Assembly (NCBI RefSeq): GCF_009914755.1
Contig: NC_060935.1
DNA length: 64,000 bases
Strand: one strand, 5' to 3'
DNA from: the human T2T-CHM13v2.0 reference genome, Homo sapiens
This document shows, in pieces, positions 13,460 to 25,240 of this stretch. A model generated the notes under the pieces. That model saw nothing but the letters and a program-made list of their open reading frames with translations, had not been told where the DNA came from and ran no database searches. Numbering within the stretch: position 1 is the first letter of the stretch; every line of letters starts with the position of its first letter. The position numbers and the translations under genes are program-made.

Positions 13460-13790
13460 TGTAGCTGAAATGCTTGGGAGTTTCCAATCCCAGCTCCACT
13501 GCTCACTAGCTCTGTGACCTTCAGGAAGTTACATGGCCTCTCTGTGTCTCAGTTTTGTGGTGACCCACTTGTCACAGTTTGCCTGGGACTTTCACAGTTT
13601 CAACACTAAGCATCTGATGTTCCTGAAACCCTCTCAGCTTCGAGCAAACTGAGATGGTTGGTTACCACCAGGTTATTTCTCTACTAACACAGGAGACAAT
13701 AGTAATAATCTGTACCACATGGGGTTACTATGAAATAATTTATGCTAAGTGCTAAGAAAGTGCTGAGCAAAATTTAGCTCTTATTGTATG
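13460..13790 (+). mobile_element. MIR split by MER81
   Basis: aatcccagctccactgctcactagctctgtgaccttcaggaagttacatggcctctctgtgtctcagttt, resuming after about 13670. Confidence 0.75.
13557..13668. mobile_element. MER81-like hAT-Blackjack MITE
   Basis: TIRs ggtgaccc...ggttggttacc, with internal gtttgcctgggact...ccctctcag...gcaaactgagatgg. Confidence 0.75.
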
Positions 13791-13874
13791 AATAGGCTAA
13801 GTTCAGGTAACAAAGAAGGTACTTACCATAGACATGCTAGTTAAAGCAAAAATAAAGAAATAGTCACTTAACTA

Positions 13875-15615
13875 GTGTGTGTATGTCATATGTGGTCTAT
13901 GTAGTGTGTGTGTGTGTGTGTGTTGTGTGTGTGTGTGTGTAGTGCGGTGTGTGTGATGTGTGTGTGCTGAATGTGTTACGTGTGTAGTGGGTATGTTACG
14001 TGTGTGGTGTGTTATGTGTGGTGTATGTGTGGTGTGCATGGTGTGTGTGTTTGGTATGTGTGGTGTGTGTGTATAATGTGATGCATGTGTGGGGCGTGTG
14101 GTGTGCATGGGATGGTGTGTGTGGGTGGTATGTGTCATGTGTATGGTGTGTATGCATATGTGATGTGACTGTGTGGTGTGATGTGTTTGACGTGTGGTGT
14201 GTATGTGTGTATGTAGTATGTGGTGTATGTGTGTGTGTATTATGTGTGGTGTATCTGTTGTGTGTATGTATATGTGGTGTGTGTGTATGCTGTGATGTGT
14301 GTATGCTGTGTGGTCTGATGTGATATGTATAGTGTGTATGGTGTGTATGTGTGTTTGGTGTGTGCGTATGGTGTGATGTGTGTGGTATGTGTGGTGTGTA
14401 TGTGTGTGTGTTTGCAGTTTGTGTGTGGTATGTGTGATGTGTTTGTGGGTGGTGTGGTGTGTGGTGTGTGTGGTATGTGTGGTGTGTGTGTGGTGTGATG
14501 CATGGGTGGTATGTGTGGCATGTATGTGTGATACACCTGGTGTGTATGTGTGTTTGTGTGGTGTGTGTATGGTGTGATGCATGGGTGGTATGTGTGGCGT
14601 GTATGTGTGATATACCTGGTGTGTATGTGTGTTTGGTGTGTGTGGTGTGTGTATGGCGTGATGCATGGGTGGTATGTGTGGTGTGTGTGTGTGGTGTGGT
14701 GTCTGTGTGGTACATGTGGTGTGGATGGTGTGTATGTATGTTTGGTATGTGTGGCATATATGTATGGTGTGACATGTGTATGGTGTATGGTATCTGTGCT
14801 GTGCTGTGTGGAGTAATGGTGATGTGTGTGGTATGTGTGTATGGTGTGACATGTGTGGTATGTGTGGTGTATGGTATCTGTGCTATGGCCTGTGGGGAAT
14901 GGTGGTGTGTGTGTGGAGGTGGAGGTGGGGGTGTAGTGTGGTGTGTGTTTGTGTGGTGTGATGCACGTGTGGTATGTGTGATGTGTGTGTGCTTGTGTGA
15001 TGTCTATGGTGGTGTGTGGAGGTGAGGTGGGAGTGCAGTGTGGTGGTGTGTGTGTATGGTGCAATGCATGTGTGGCATGTGTGTTTGTGTGTGTGGTGTC
15101 TGTGGTGGTGTGTGTGGAGGTGAGGTAGGACTGTAGTGTGGTGTGTGTTTACGGTGCAATGCATGTGTGGCATGTGTATTGTGTGTTGTGTGTGTGTGGT
15201 GTCTGTGGTGGTGTACGTGTGTGTGGAGGTGAGGTGGGAGTGTAGTGTGGTGTGTGTGCATGATGTGATGCATATATGGTATGTGGTGTGTGTGTGGTGT
15301 CTGGTGGGGCGTGTGTGGAGGTGGGTTGGGAGTGTAATGTGACGTGTATGTGTGGTGTCTGTGGTGGGGTGTGTGTGGAGGTGGGGTGGGGGTGTAGTAT
15401 TGTGTGTGTGCTGTGTGTGTTTGGTGTGATGCATGTGTGGTGTGTGGTGTGTGTGTGGTGTCTGTGGTGGGGTGCGTGTGGAGGTAGGTTGGGAATGTAG
15501 TACGATGTGTGTGTGGTGCGTGTGTATGATGCGATTCATGTGTGGTGTGTGTGTGTGTGGTGTCTGTGGTGGGATGTGGGGGGAGGTGGGGTGGGAGTGT
15601 AGTAGTGTGTGTGGG
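13875..15615 (+). repeat. TG-rich compound low-complexity tandem repeat, about 1.74 kb
   Basis: Degenerate (TG)n/(TGG)/(TATG) array; source of the His/Thr- and Cys/Val-rich spurious ORFs. Confidence 0.97.
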
Positions 15616-16276
15616 TTTTGTACCTCCATGCCAATAATACCCTTTCCTGTGTGAAGGACAGCTGACAGAGATGGCTACAACCTGAGTCAGACCTCAGCAA
15701 AGTATCAATGTGCTTTTCGGAATTCTACATGTAGTGAATAAATATTTTTTAAAAAGTTGCTTTCTAGTTATATGGTGGTTAGCCTCTCTTTCAGGTATAA
15801 AAGTAAGGTTTGAACACTTTTCATTAAAATCACTGGAGCTGCAAAATCTCCCACATCTTTTCTCAACCAGTAACCTTTATTTTTATTTCTTTCTTTTTAT
15901 TTTCTGCCACTTGTCCCTCTGCAGACTTAGGCACCACTCATTGCAATATTTCTGGAGTCTAATTTCTCAGAATTGTTTAAAAGGCACACATGTCTTAAAA
16001 AAAAATAAAACCCAAGGAATAATTCCTACAGGTGGGATGTCAGGCACTGTGGCAGCCTGGGGAAGCATATATTTGGAAAGGGTGCATGTCCATACCATCC
16101 TCTCCTGAAGGTAGTTGTCAGGAGCTTACTCTTGCCTCATCTGCTTACAGGAAACTTTCCGAGATAATTATCCATCCAAATCCCACCACGCCACTCACTT
16201 TGACAAGTACACACATTGCTTAGAGTGAGGATCAAAAGTTTATTACATGCACAAAGGTTTCAGTTGTTTGATAAGG

Positions 16277-16279
<3 letters not shown>

Positions 16280-16311
<32 letters not shown>

Positions 16312-16339
16312 ATGTGAGAGAGAGAGAGAGAGAGAGAGA
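16280..16339 (+). repeat. (TG)n-(GA)n compound microsatellite
   Basis: Directly visible. Confidence 0.95.
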
Positions 16340-16394
16340 TTCATGAATGAATTGTACAGACTACTCAGTTCCCCCATAGTTGCTAAAACTCATT

Positions 16395-17633
16395 TGTCTG
16401 GCAACCATATGCAAAAGAATGAAACTGGACCCCTACCTCTCACCATATACAAAAAAAATCAACTTAAGATGGATTAAAGACTTAAAGGTAAGACTTCAAA
16501 ATATAAAAATCCTAGAAGAAACCTAGGAAATACTCTTCCAGACATTGGCCTAGACAAATAATTTATGACTATGTCCTCAAAAGCAAATGCCACAAAAACA
16601 AAAATTGACAATTGGGACCTAATTAAACTAAAGTGTTTCTGCACACAGCAAAAAAAAAAAAAAGAACTATCAACAGTAAACAACCTACAGAATGGGAAAA
16701 AATATTTGCAAACTATGCACCTGACAAAGAACTAATATCCAGAATCTACAAGGAGTTCGAACAACTTAACAAGCAAAAAGCAAATAACCTCATTAAAAAA
16801 TGGGCAAAGGACATGAACAGACACTTCTTTAAAAAAGATATACATGCACCAACAAGCATATGAAAAAATGTTCGACATCACTAATCATTAGAGAAATGCA
16901 AATCAGAACCAAAATGAGATGCCATCTCACACCAGTCAGAATGGCTATTGTTAAAAAGTCAAAAGAAAAAATAACAGATGTTGGCAAGGCTGCAGATGAA
17001 AAGGAATGTTTATACACAGTTGGTGGGAATGCAAATTAGTTAAGCCCCTGTGTAAAGTAGTTTGGAGATTTCTCACGGAACTAAAAATAGAACTACCATT
17101 CGACCCAGCAAGGCCACTAGTCAGCATATAGCCAAAGGAAAATAAATCGTTCAACCAAAAAGATACACACACTTGTATGTTCATCACAACATTCTTCACA
17201 ATAGCAATGACATGGAATCAACCTCGGTGCCCAGCAATGGTGAATTGGATAAAGAAGATGTGCTACATATACACCATGAAATACGACACAGCCATAAAAA
17301 AGAATGAAATTATGTTCTTTGCAGCAACATGGATGCAGCTGGAGGCCATTCTCCTGAGCAAATTAATGCAGGAACAGAAAACCAAATACCACATGTTCTC
17401 ACTTGTAAGTGAGAGCTAACCCTTGGGTACACATGGACAGAAAAACGGGAACAATAGACTCTAGGGTTTCAAAAAGTGTGAGGGGCAAGTGTTGAAATAC
17501 TACCTATCAGGTACTACGCTGCTACTCAGGTGACAGGATCACTAAAAGCCCAAACCTCAGCATCACGCTATATATTCTTGTAACAAACCTGCACACGCAC
17601 CTAATGAATCTAAAATTTAAAAAAAAAATTAAG
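16395..17633 (+). mobile_element. 5'-truncated L1 (L1PA16/17-like): ORF2 C-terminal remnant, 3' UTR and A-tail
   Basis: ORF fragments [12 protein letters not shown] and TWNQPRCP...QEQKTKYHMFSL match the L1 ORF2 C-terminus, with frameshifts; TSD taaaactcatt at 16384-16394 and 17634-17644. Confidence 0.96.
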
Positions 17634-17644
17634 TAAAACTCATT

Positions 17645-17790
17645 CATTATCTATAGCAATCTAAGTAGGGAATAATTATCTTCATCTTACAGAGGAGGGA
17701 GGGGAAGCACAAACAGGTGAAGTAACTTGGTCAAGGTCACCATCATCTTAAGAGATGGTAATTAGTGTTTGAGCTGCTGGCCCACTGACC
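17645..17790 (-). mobile_element. MIR fragment
   Basis: attatcttcatcttacagagg...aggtgaagtaacttggtcaaggtcac. Confidence 0.65.
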
Positions 17791-18909
17791 CCAGAGAGCT
17801 GCTCCCTGTCACATCCCCTCAACACAAGGAGTGGATCTGGGGAGAAATGCCCTCTTCTGGCCACACTACATTCCCAGAAACTGTTCCCTAGTGGGTATTC
17901 CTGCAGTAAGTGAACTTTCTCATTACAGAAACACTGCAAAACCAAGTCTCCTAACCAAACTGTCAACTCTTAATGATGTCTTAAACATGACCCAGAAGGC
18001 AAAGCTGAATCCCGAAACTTGAGGCTAACACAATTATACGCAAAGGCTTACAATGTGGGTAACAATGTATGCCTCACGTCTCCTGCCACATGCTCACAAA
18101 CCCCCAAGTACGATAATGGTAGATGGGAAATAATGTAGAACTTAACCCTGAAAGGTCTGTGCTCATGCTCTGTCCCTGCCACTCCTTGTCTCTCTCCTGA
18201 ACCACATATTCAAAGTCTTTGAGCCTTGTTTTCCTAATCTGTACATAAGGACAGAACACTGTGTCCCATCCGTCTAACAGAATCATCATGAGCCTTCAAG
18301 GAACGAATCCACATCAAGACCACAAGAATGAAGTGCAAGATATTATTAATATTCACAACAGACACAAAATAAGACAGCATATAAAATGCAGCCCCCTGCT
18401 TCATCAACTTTACCTAGAATTAATATGCTAGCTAGAATATTCATTAAATATTTAATTAATAAAACTGCTCATTTTAGATTTTAAAAGGCTATTTGGAGAT
18501 GATTTCAATGCTCTGGTTCTCCTAAAAAGCCATCCAGGAAAGTCTGAACTCCTGCCATTTTTTTCCTTAATGAATTTCACCCTACCAAGAAGGGGAATCC
18601 AAGCATTCCATCGTCCTTTGCACTGTGCTCAGAGTTTGGACTTTTTTTTTTCCAAAGAAGGCATTATAACAATATATATTTAAAAGTCTCACTAAAGCTT
18701 ATACTAGGGAAAATTGGGGAAATGTGTTTTTACTGTTTCTTCGTGTTCCCTTCCCCCTACAAATAGCTTGAGTAGGATATAATTTCCAGAGAAAAAAGGT
18801 ATCACAACCTAGCTCTGTAAGCACGGGCTTTGTTAAAACATGATGGTTTACTCAGCACTTATCACTAAGTCTGGCATTTAGTGTGTGCGCAAAAAGTACC
18901 TCTTCAAGA

Positions 18910-19400
18910 GATGAATGGATAGATGGATAAATGGGTGCATAGGTGAATGAATGGATGGGTGGGTGGATGGACAGATGGATGCATTGATGGGTGGATAGAT
19001 GGGTGGATGGGTAGACAGGTTAAATAAGTGGATGAATGTGTGCATGGGTGGATGGATAGATGGATGGGTGGTTGGTGAATGGATGGATTGATGGGTGTAT
19101 GAATGGGTGGATAGATGAATGAGTAGGTGGATGGATGGATGGATGGTTGGTTGGATGGGTAGGTGAATGGATGGATGGATGGTTGGTTGGATGGGTAGGT
19201 GAATGGATGGATGGATGGTTGGTTGGATGGGTAGGTGAATGGATGGATGGATGGTTGGTTGGATGGGTAGGTGAATGGATGGATGGATGGTTGGATGGAT
19301 GGATGGATGGTTGGTGGATGGATGGGTAGATGGGTGAATGGATGGGTGGTGGATGGAGGGATAGATGGTGTATGAATGGGTGGATGGATGGGTGGATGGG
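18910..19400 (+). repeat. (TGGA)n degenerate microsatellite with an internal 36-bp unit (about 4 copies, 19135-19280)
   Basis: Unit atggatggatggttggttggatgggtaggtgaatgg; seen as a 12-aa repeat in the ORF track. Confidence 0.95.
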
Positions 19401-19654
19401 AAGTTGCCAGGGTGTGAGCATGGTAATAAAAAAAGTGGCTATAGGTTTCACTTCTCTGAGAGTTGCTGAGGGATACAGAGAAGTTCTGGAATTATTGGGA
19501 CTAATATAGAACAGTATGACAGAAAAAAAATTTTCTCCCTTTCCTCCTTACATCACAGGACAGTCAGAAACATTAGAACCAAGCTTTCAAATGAGCACTT
19601 CAAGACCTCTCAACAAGAATAAAAATACAAGTTTCTATTTGGTACCAAAAGGTT

Positions 19655-19860
19655 AACATTTATTGAGTGCCTCTTCTATGCCAAACACAGTGCTTTGTTT
19701 TTTTCTGTACATTAACTCATTTAATCTTCAACCTTATGAAGAAAAGACTGATTGCCATTTATCTGGAGCTAAATGAGATTACACTCTCTGTTCAAAATCA
19801 GATGGTGAAAGGTGGCTAGAGTGGATATCCAGTAGTTTAATTTTTCCAACATCCCTTTTT
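19655..19860 (-). mobile_element. MIR
   Basis: aacatttattgagtgcctcttctatgccaaacacagtgc...attaactcatttaatctt. Confidence 0.7.
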
Positions 19861-21384
19861 CCAATCTCCTCTGTAAACAGAGGCTTCCTCTCATCCTTCC
19901 ACATTCACTGGGATCTGGTGGGGCTAGCCCTTCTCTAGACAGAACAGAGGTCATGTGACCTTGACCTGGTTAAATATCTTCAGTCAAAAGGATTTAAAGT
20001 TGAGCAAATGACTCAAATCTGGCCAATCAGACAACTCCCTCACTTGTCCCCTTACATAATGCCCCAGCCCAGTACATCTACCAGCACAGAACGGTGAGGT
20101 CCAAACCACTGTACCTGTATTGGAACACTGACTTTATTGGTGGGCTCAGTCTTCATCCAGAATGTGTAGTCTATCCCAGCTCAGCATGCTCATTCCCTTT
20201 GCAAATCACCAGGGGGAAAAAAAGGCACATGCTTGTATTGGTTTTGGTTGTAAAAGTTTGGGAACATCATTTGGACATTGATGCCTCAAATGTACGATAG
20301 AATCTGGGTAACAAGTCTAGAACTCACAGCAGTAAATGGCAAAAGAGTTCATTTAAATATCTTTTTCCAACAATAATCCCACATACATGCACAAAGTAGG
20401 TACAGAACTCCACTCTGGTTTTAAACCAAGATCCCAATGTAAGATACTAATGAAAGAAGCCTACCCCAGAATCTAACTGAGCAGCCCCCAGTTATCACCT
20501 GTGGCAGGATCCTCCGTGACTATTGCATTATTCCGACCTGGAATTGGTACAACTCAAAGACTCTAATACAAACATTTTTTCTACTTTCAGACAGCTGGCA
20601 TTTCACAGGAAACTTCCCAAACATCTGCTGAGCAACCTACTGCTTCTCTGACTTCACCAATTCCCTTCTGAAGAGAATTTTATCTCAGCACTGCAATGAG
20701 GATAGTGAACATAAATATATATAATTACTCTACATTAATATAATTAGTCTGTCTTTCTCCCAGTCCAGAAATGGTTGTCCATATTTAGCTGTCAGTGGTT
20801 GGAATTATTTATGTCCATTTGTTCAAGGACTAAAAATAGATTCATTAAAAAAAGAATGCAGATATTACCCAGAAAAGGCTCTTTCATCTTTTAAATTCTA
20901 TTTCTCCAGTCTGGGTTCCATTGCCTGCCTTCTTAGGAATTGAGTCTTGTAGGTTGAAGAGATTAGATTCACACAAGGCATTCTATTCATTTATTCCTTT
21001 TGATGAATTACCAGCAAGCTGACAAGACAAAGTACTTTGGTTGTTCCAAAGCTGACAACAAATGCCATCCCCACTGCAGCATTCTGTTCACCCCTCCTTC
21101 TGTGCAGGGGTGGGGCCATATTCAAGAAAAAGTAGGCTCATTTAGGACTATGCATTCATGACGTCTTCAATACCACCTAGCTCCTTTGACTATTTTGAAA
21201 TCTCAGACACTCCAAATATTATACATATCACTCCTATCCATAGAAATCAAAATCAAAAGTAGCTATTAGAAGAAAATTGTATATAAATAGCTTCTCATTT
21301 GCAACTTCCAGGGAATAAAGCTTTTCTTATGGTTTGTGTAACTTTACTTTGTTGGTCTTTATATAATAGCTGTCACGTTGAAGC

Positions 21385-21750
21385 TGGTGTGCTCAGCACT
21401 GCATTATTTTTTGAATAGAGCATTTTGCTATATTAACAAATCAGTGAGGTAAGGATGAGAATGTCCATTCTATAAATGGGAACACTGAGGCTAAAGTTTA
21501 AAAATATGCAGCTAGTGGTTATAGATATCCAGTCAAGCAAACCTAGATTTGAATCCCATCTCTGCAACTTTCTAATTATGTGGTCACGGGTATCAACTCA
21601 CAGCAATACTGAGGCAGATACGATATCCCCAACTTAAAGATAAGAAAACCATGGTTCAAAATTAAGTAATTTGTACAGGGCCAACTCTACATGCCAAATG
21701 CAGGATGGCCAAATCCATTTGTCTCCAAAAACAGTAATCTTAACTGACAC
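21385..21750. mobile_element. Cluster of MIR fragments in mixed orientation
   Basis: ccattctataaatgggaacactgaggct (-), agatttgaatcccatctctgcaact (+), ttaaagataagaaaaccatggttcaaaattaagtaatttg (-). Confidence 0.55.
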
Positions 21751-22061
21751 CCTTTATTACTTCCTTGATGCAAAAAATGACTTAGTTGCGATGGAAACAA
21801 GTATAGCAATTAATTTAGGCACAGTGTGAAAGAGCTTGCTTGCCAACCATGCTTTCAGTGGTGATATTTTGAGAAAGAGGCTGAGGGGATGCTCCTATAG
21901 GGGTAAGCTGGCTCTGGGCAGCTTTGAGGGCCTAGTATACCTCTATTCTTACTAGTCCTAAGTTTGTACTTCTCTATGGGGCAGTAGATCCCAACCAGCT
22001 ATCAAGCAGCTACCCAAAGGCCAGTGTCATTACTCAAACCAGAAGAGTAGCTCTGTATGTA

Positions 22062-22065
<4 letters not shown>

Positions 22066-22100
<35 letters not shown>

Positions 22101-22125
22101 CAGACAGAGGGAGAGAGAGAGACAG
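22066..22125 (+). repeat. (TG)n-(GA)n microsatellite
   Basis: Directly visible. Confidence 0.95.
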
Positions 22126-22249
22126 AGGGAATGCATGCAAGTGCTGTATATGACACTGAAAAGCCAGTTGCCTGTTATTTGACCTTAGGCCAGTACCTGT
22201 CATAAATCCAGTGCTTATGAAATGTAAAGGTTTATTCATATGGCGTGCA

Positions 22250-22495
22250 GCATTTTTAAAGCATAAAATCTGGAGTTAGATTGTTCAGGGTTGAATGCCA
22301 GCTTTATCTCCTTCTAACTCTGTGACCTTGGTCAAATTGCTGACCTTTACTGTGCCTCAACGTTCTTCAATAAAGAATGCTGCTGTATGTAGAGAATGAA
22401 AATAACTACAGTACCTTCCTCCAAGGAGATCTATGATGCTTAGACGCAAGGAACATTTAGAAGTGTGACTGAGAAGTAAGTGCTTAGTAAAGTCT
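22250..22495 (+). mobile_element. MIR
   Basis: tctggagttagattgttcagggttgaatgccagc...tgtgaccttggtcaaattgctgacctttactgtgcctca. Confidence 0.75.
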
Positions 22496-23371
22496 GTTGT
22501 TTTTTTTCCTTTTTTTTTTTTTGCTCTTATTGTTACTAAGGAACAAGTACTAAGCCTATAAGAGGAGTAGCCTCATGTGAACTTGGAGGAACCCTCCATT
22601 CTGGACCCCAGATCTTTTTTTATGCACCCCTCATCCATGCTCTAATAGCGCTGGTTCGCACGGGCACCGGCAGAGACATGTTCTCAATCCTGGCATGATG
22701 CAATGGGAGCTCTTTGCAGTGATCATCAGCCTCTCCGTCCTCTTAGGCATGGTCCCCTCTCCCCAGTCAGGTTGATATGACCTTCAACACCAGATGGATA
22801 ATGCCCCAGGCGGGAGGAAAGGATGCTCTGGGAGAGTAGCCTTTAATAAGCATTATCCCTTCCTGATTTATACAGAGGGGAGGGTACTGTTGATATGCAG
22901 TCTTGCTCATAGATTACCTTCATTCTGACTGCAGCCAGCCCGACAGGGGAGGGTGTGCCGGGCGGCTTGCCACCCTATCTGTCATGTCGCCGAGGGCAGC
23001 AGCAATGCTGCCTCTTCCTAGAGAAACTTTCTACTCCATCAACCACAAAAGTAATATTGCAGGTGCATGTTCATGGATCTCTCCAACAAACTCCATCTTC
23101 AGGTTCAGTCCTTGGATCAAGGCTGCAGAGAAAGAGAAAATGGGACCTACAGGCACAGGCAGCACCTCCAAGCTCACTCTGATGAGAGGAAAATGGACAT
23201 CAAGACTCCTCACATAAAAAAGGCTAGTGGTAAGGAGTCAGGAAATTGAGCCAGAACAGATCTAGACTAAAGTATTTGGCTATTCTCATATTATTTCTTC
23301 CAGTATGTGGCACAGGCTAAGTGCCACATCAGATCTCTGAGCCTGTGCCTGCTATTTCTCTTTCACGCCCT

Positions 23372-23812
23372 ATTCTTGGGGACTGAATCGTGCCCCCCCA
23401 AAAAATGTACATGTCAAAGTCCTAACTCTTAGTACCTAAGAATGTAACTGTATTTGGAGATGGACCTTTAAAGAGGTGATTAGGTTAAGGTGTGGTCGTC
23501 AGGGTTGGCCCTAATCCTATATTACTGTTGTCCTTATAAGAAGAGGACATTTGGACACATAAATGAGTATGCCCATTCTATAAATGGGAACCTTGAGGCT
23601 GAATAAGGTTAAAAGACACCATGGGCGCAGCGGCACAGACAACACCGCAAGAAGCCATCTGCAAGCCAAAAAGAGAGGCCTCGGAGAAACCAAACCTGCT
23701 AGCATCTTCATCTTGGATTTCTAGTTCCCAAAACTATGAGAAAGTGAATATCTAATGTTTAAGCCACTCATCCTGTATTACTTTGTTAAGGCAGCCCTAG
23801 CAAACTAATACA
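23372..23812 (+). mobile_element. MLT1B-like solo LTR
   Basis: gactgaatcgtgccccccc...gtatttggagatggacctttaaagaggtgattaggttaa...ccttataagaagagga...gcagccctagcaaactaataca. Confidence 0.9.
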
Positions 23813-24299
23813 TCAACATGAAGACCAGGTTTTCTTAAAGTAGTTGAGATTTAGATAAACTAAAACTTTAAAGTCTACTTAAAATGTCAAAGTGAAATAA
23901 AAAGAAAAGTTGGTGTCCAGAAGTGGCTACTGGACAACAAATGATGGTTGCTTTAAAGGGTTGCTGCTTAAGTGCAATGGTATCGAGTTAAGAACTTCCC
24001 TAATGCCAATTCTTTCCCAGGATGGTGCGAATGTGTGTTTGTACATTTGTAAAAATAAATATGGAATAAATTCTTATTATGTGTCAGGCACTGCTCAGCT
24101 GCTAAGATTGCAAAGATCAATAAAAGATTCTCCACGGTCTAGTGAGAGAAATGTTAAATTTTATTGTTAGCATTTGTTTACATGCCCACATGCTATAATT
24201 AGATGATCTCATATTTCTTTTACATTGCTATTTCCTCCTTAACCCACATTCAATCATCAAACACTGCAATAGGTCTATTAAAGCATATCAAACACCATG

Positions 24300-25240
24300 C
24301 CAAGCACACTAATGTGCTTCAGGGTTCTGTACTTGGCCCTGTTGTATTATACAATGACCTGGTAAAGAATTTGGAATGCAACCTAATGTATTCTATAGAG
24401 CATATGAAGCTGAGAAAAATAGTTAATGTTCAAGAAGACAGAATCAGGATTCAAAAATATTTTGATCTCTGAGAAAAATAATCCAAGACTACAAAGTTGA
24501 CATTGATTCAGGACTACATTCTGCATTCAGAAAAGAACTGGCAGCTTAAGTTTATGGTGAGGTGGGGAATGGGAGGGCAGCCTGGTTTATTGGCATGAGG
24601 ACAGACCCAGATCTTCAGTTGTCCCACATCTATTCCTCCTTCTCTTTCATAATCCATTTGCTGCACTTCACTCCCTCCTGTTTCTTTGCTTGTTCCTCTG
24701 TGATGCTCTGCAGGAGCTCCAAGACCATGACCTTGGTCCTCCCTCCCCACAGTGTTCTGTTTCTCCCGGCCACCCTGGCTCAGATGACAAAGGGCTCTGC
24801 CTGACCACACTGTATGGTCCCAATCGAAAACATACAAACCAGGCTATCCAGTCCCCTAGAAGAGGGCATTGAGGATAGTGAAAGGCTGAAAATCAAAAGC
24901 CATGGCTGAATCAATGGAAAATGAACACTATGAAAAGACAAGACTTATTTGGGTCAATAGAGCTAACTTCAAAGTTAGTCGGATCACCACTGTGAGGATG
25001 AGGACTTATATCATTCTGGGAAGTAATCTCAATACGTAAGAGTTATAAGAAACCAAAGATTAGATTCAATTTAAGAAAAAAAGTACTCAAAACTTTCTTT
25101 ATCTTGCATGGTACTGAGCTCTCTGTTACTGGAAGCGTTCAAGTTGAGGCTGCAGGACCATCTGCAGAGTCTTTCAAAGTGGATTATTGCATTGGGTAGG
25201 AGGTGGGTCAGAATGACCTCTAATGTTCTAAATTTAAGAT
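24300..25240 (+). mobile_element. L3/CR1 LINE fossil: RT domain remnant and 3' end, fragmented
   Basis: ORF 24203-24472 contains VLQGSVLGPVVLYNDL...KLRKIVNVQEDRIRIQKYFD, matching CR1 RT (QGSVLGP...FADDTKL...EDRIRIQ); 3' part ctctgttactggaagcgttcaagttgaggctgc...gaatgacctctaa. Confidence 0.8.

Noticed and set aside
13872-15654. Long His/Thr-rich and Cys/Val-rich ORFs (up to 326 aa)
   Set aside because: They are translations of the TG/CA repeat, open in many frames on both strands because such sequence rarely makes stop codons.
16633-17419. ORFs with real protein similarity (L1 ORF2)
   Set aside because: Frameshifted remnants of a 5'-truncated L1 with no promoter, endonuclease or RT core; not a host gene.
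19020-19451. HPSI/MDGW repeat ORFs
   Set aside because: Artefacts of the TGGA microsatellite.
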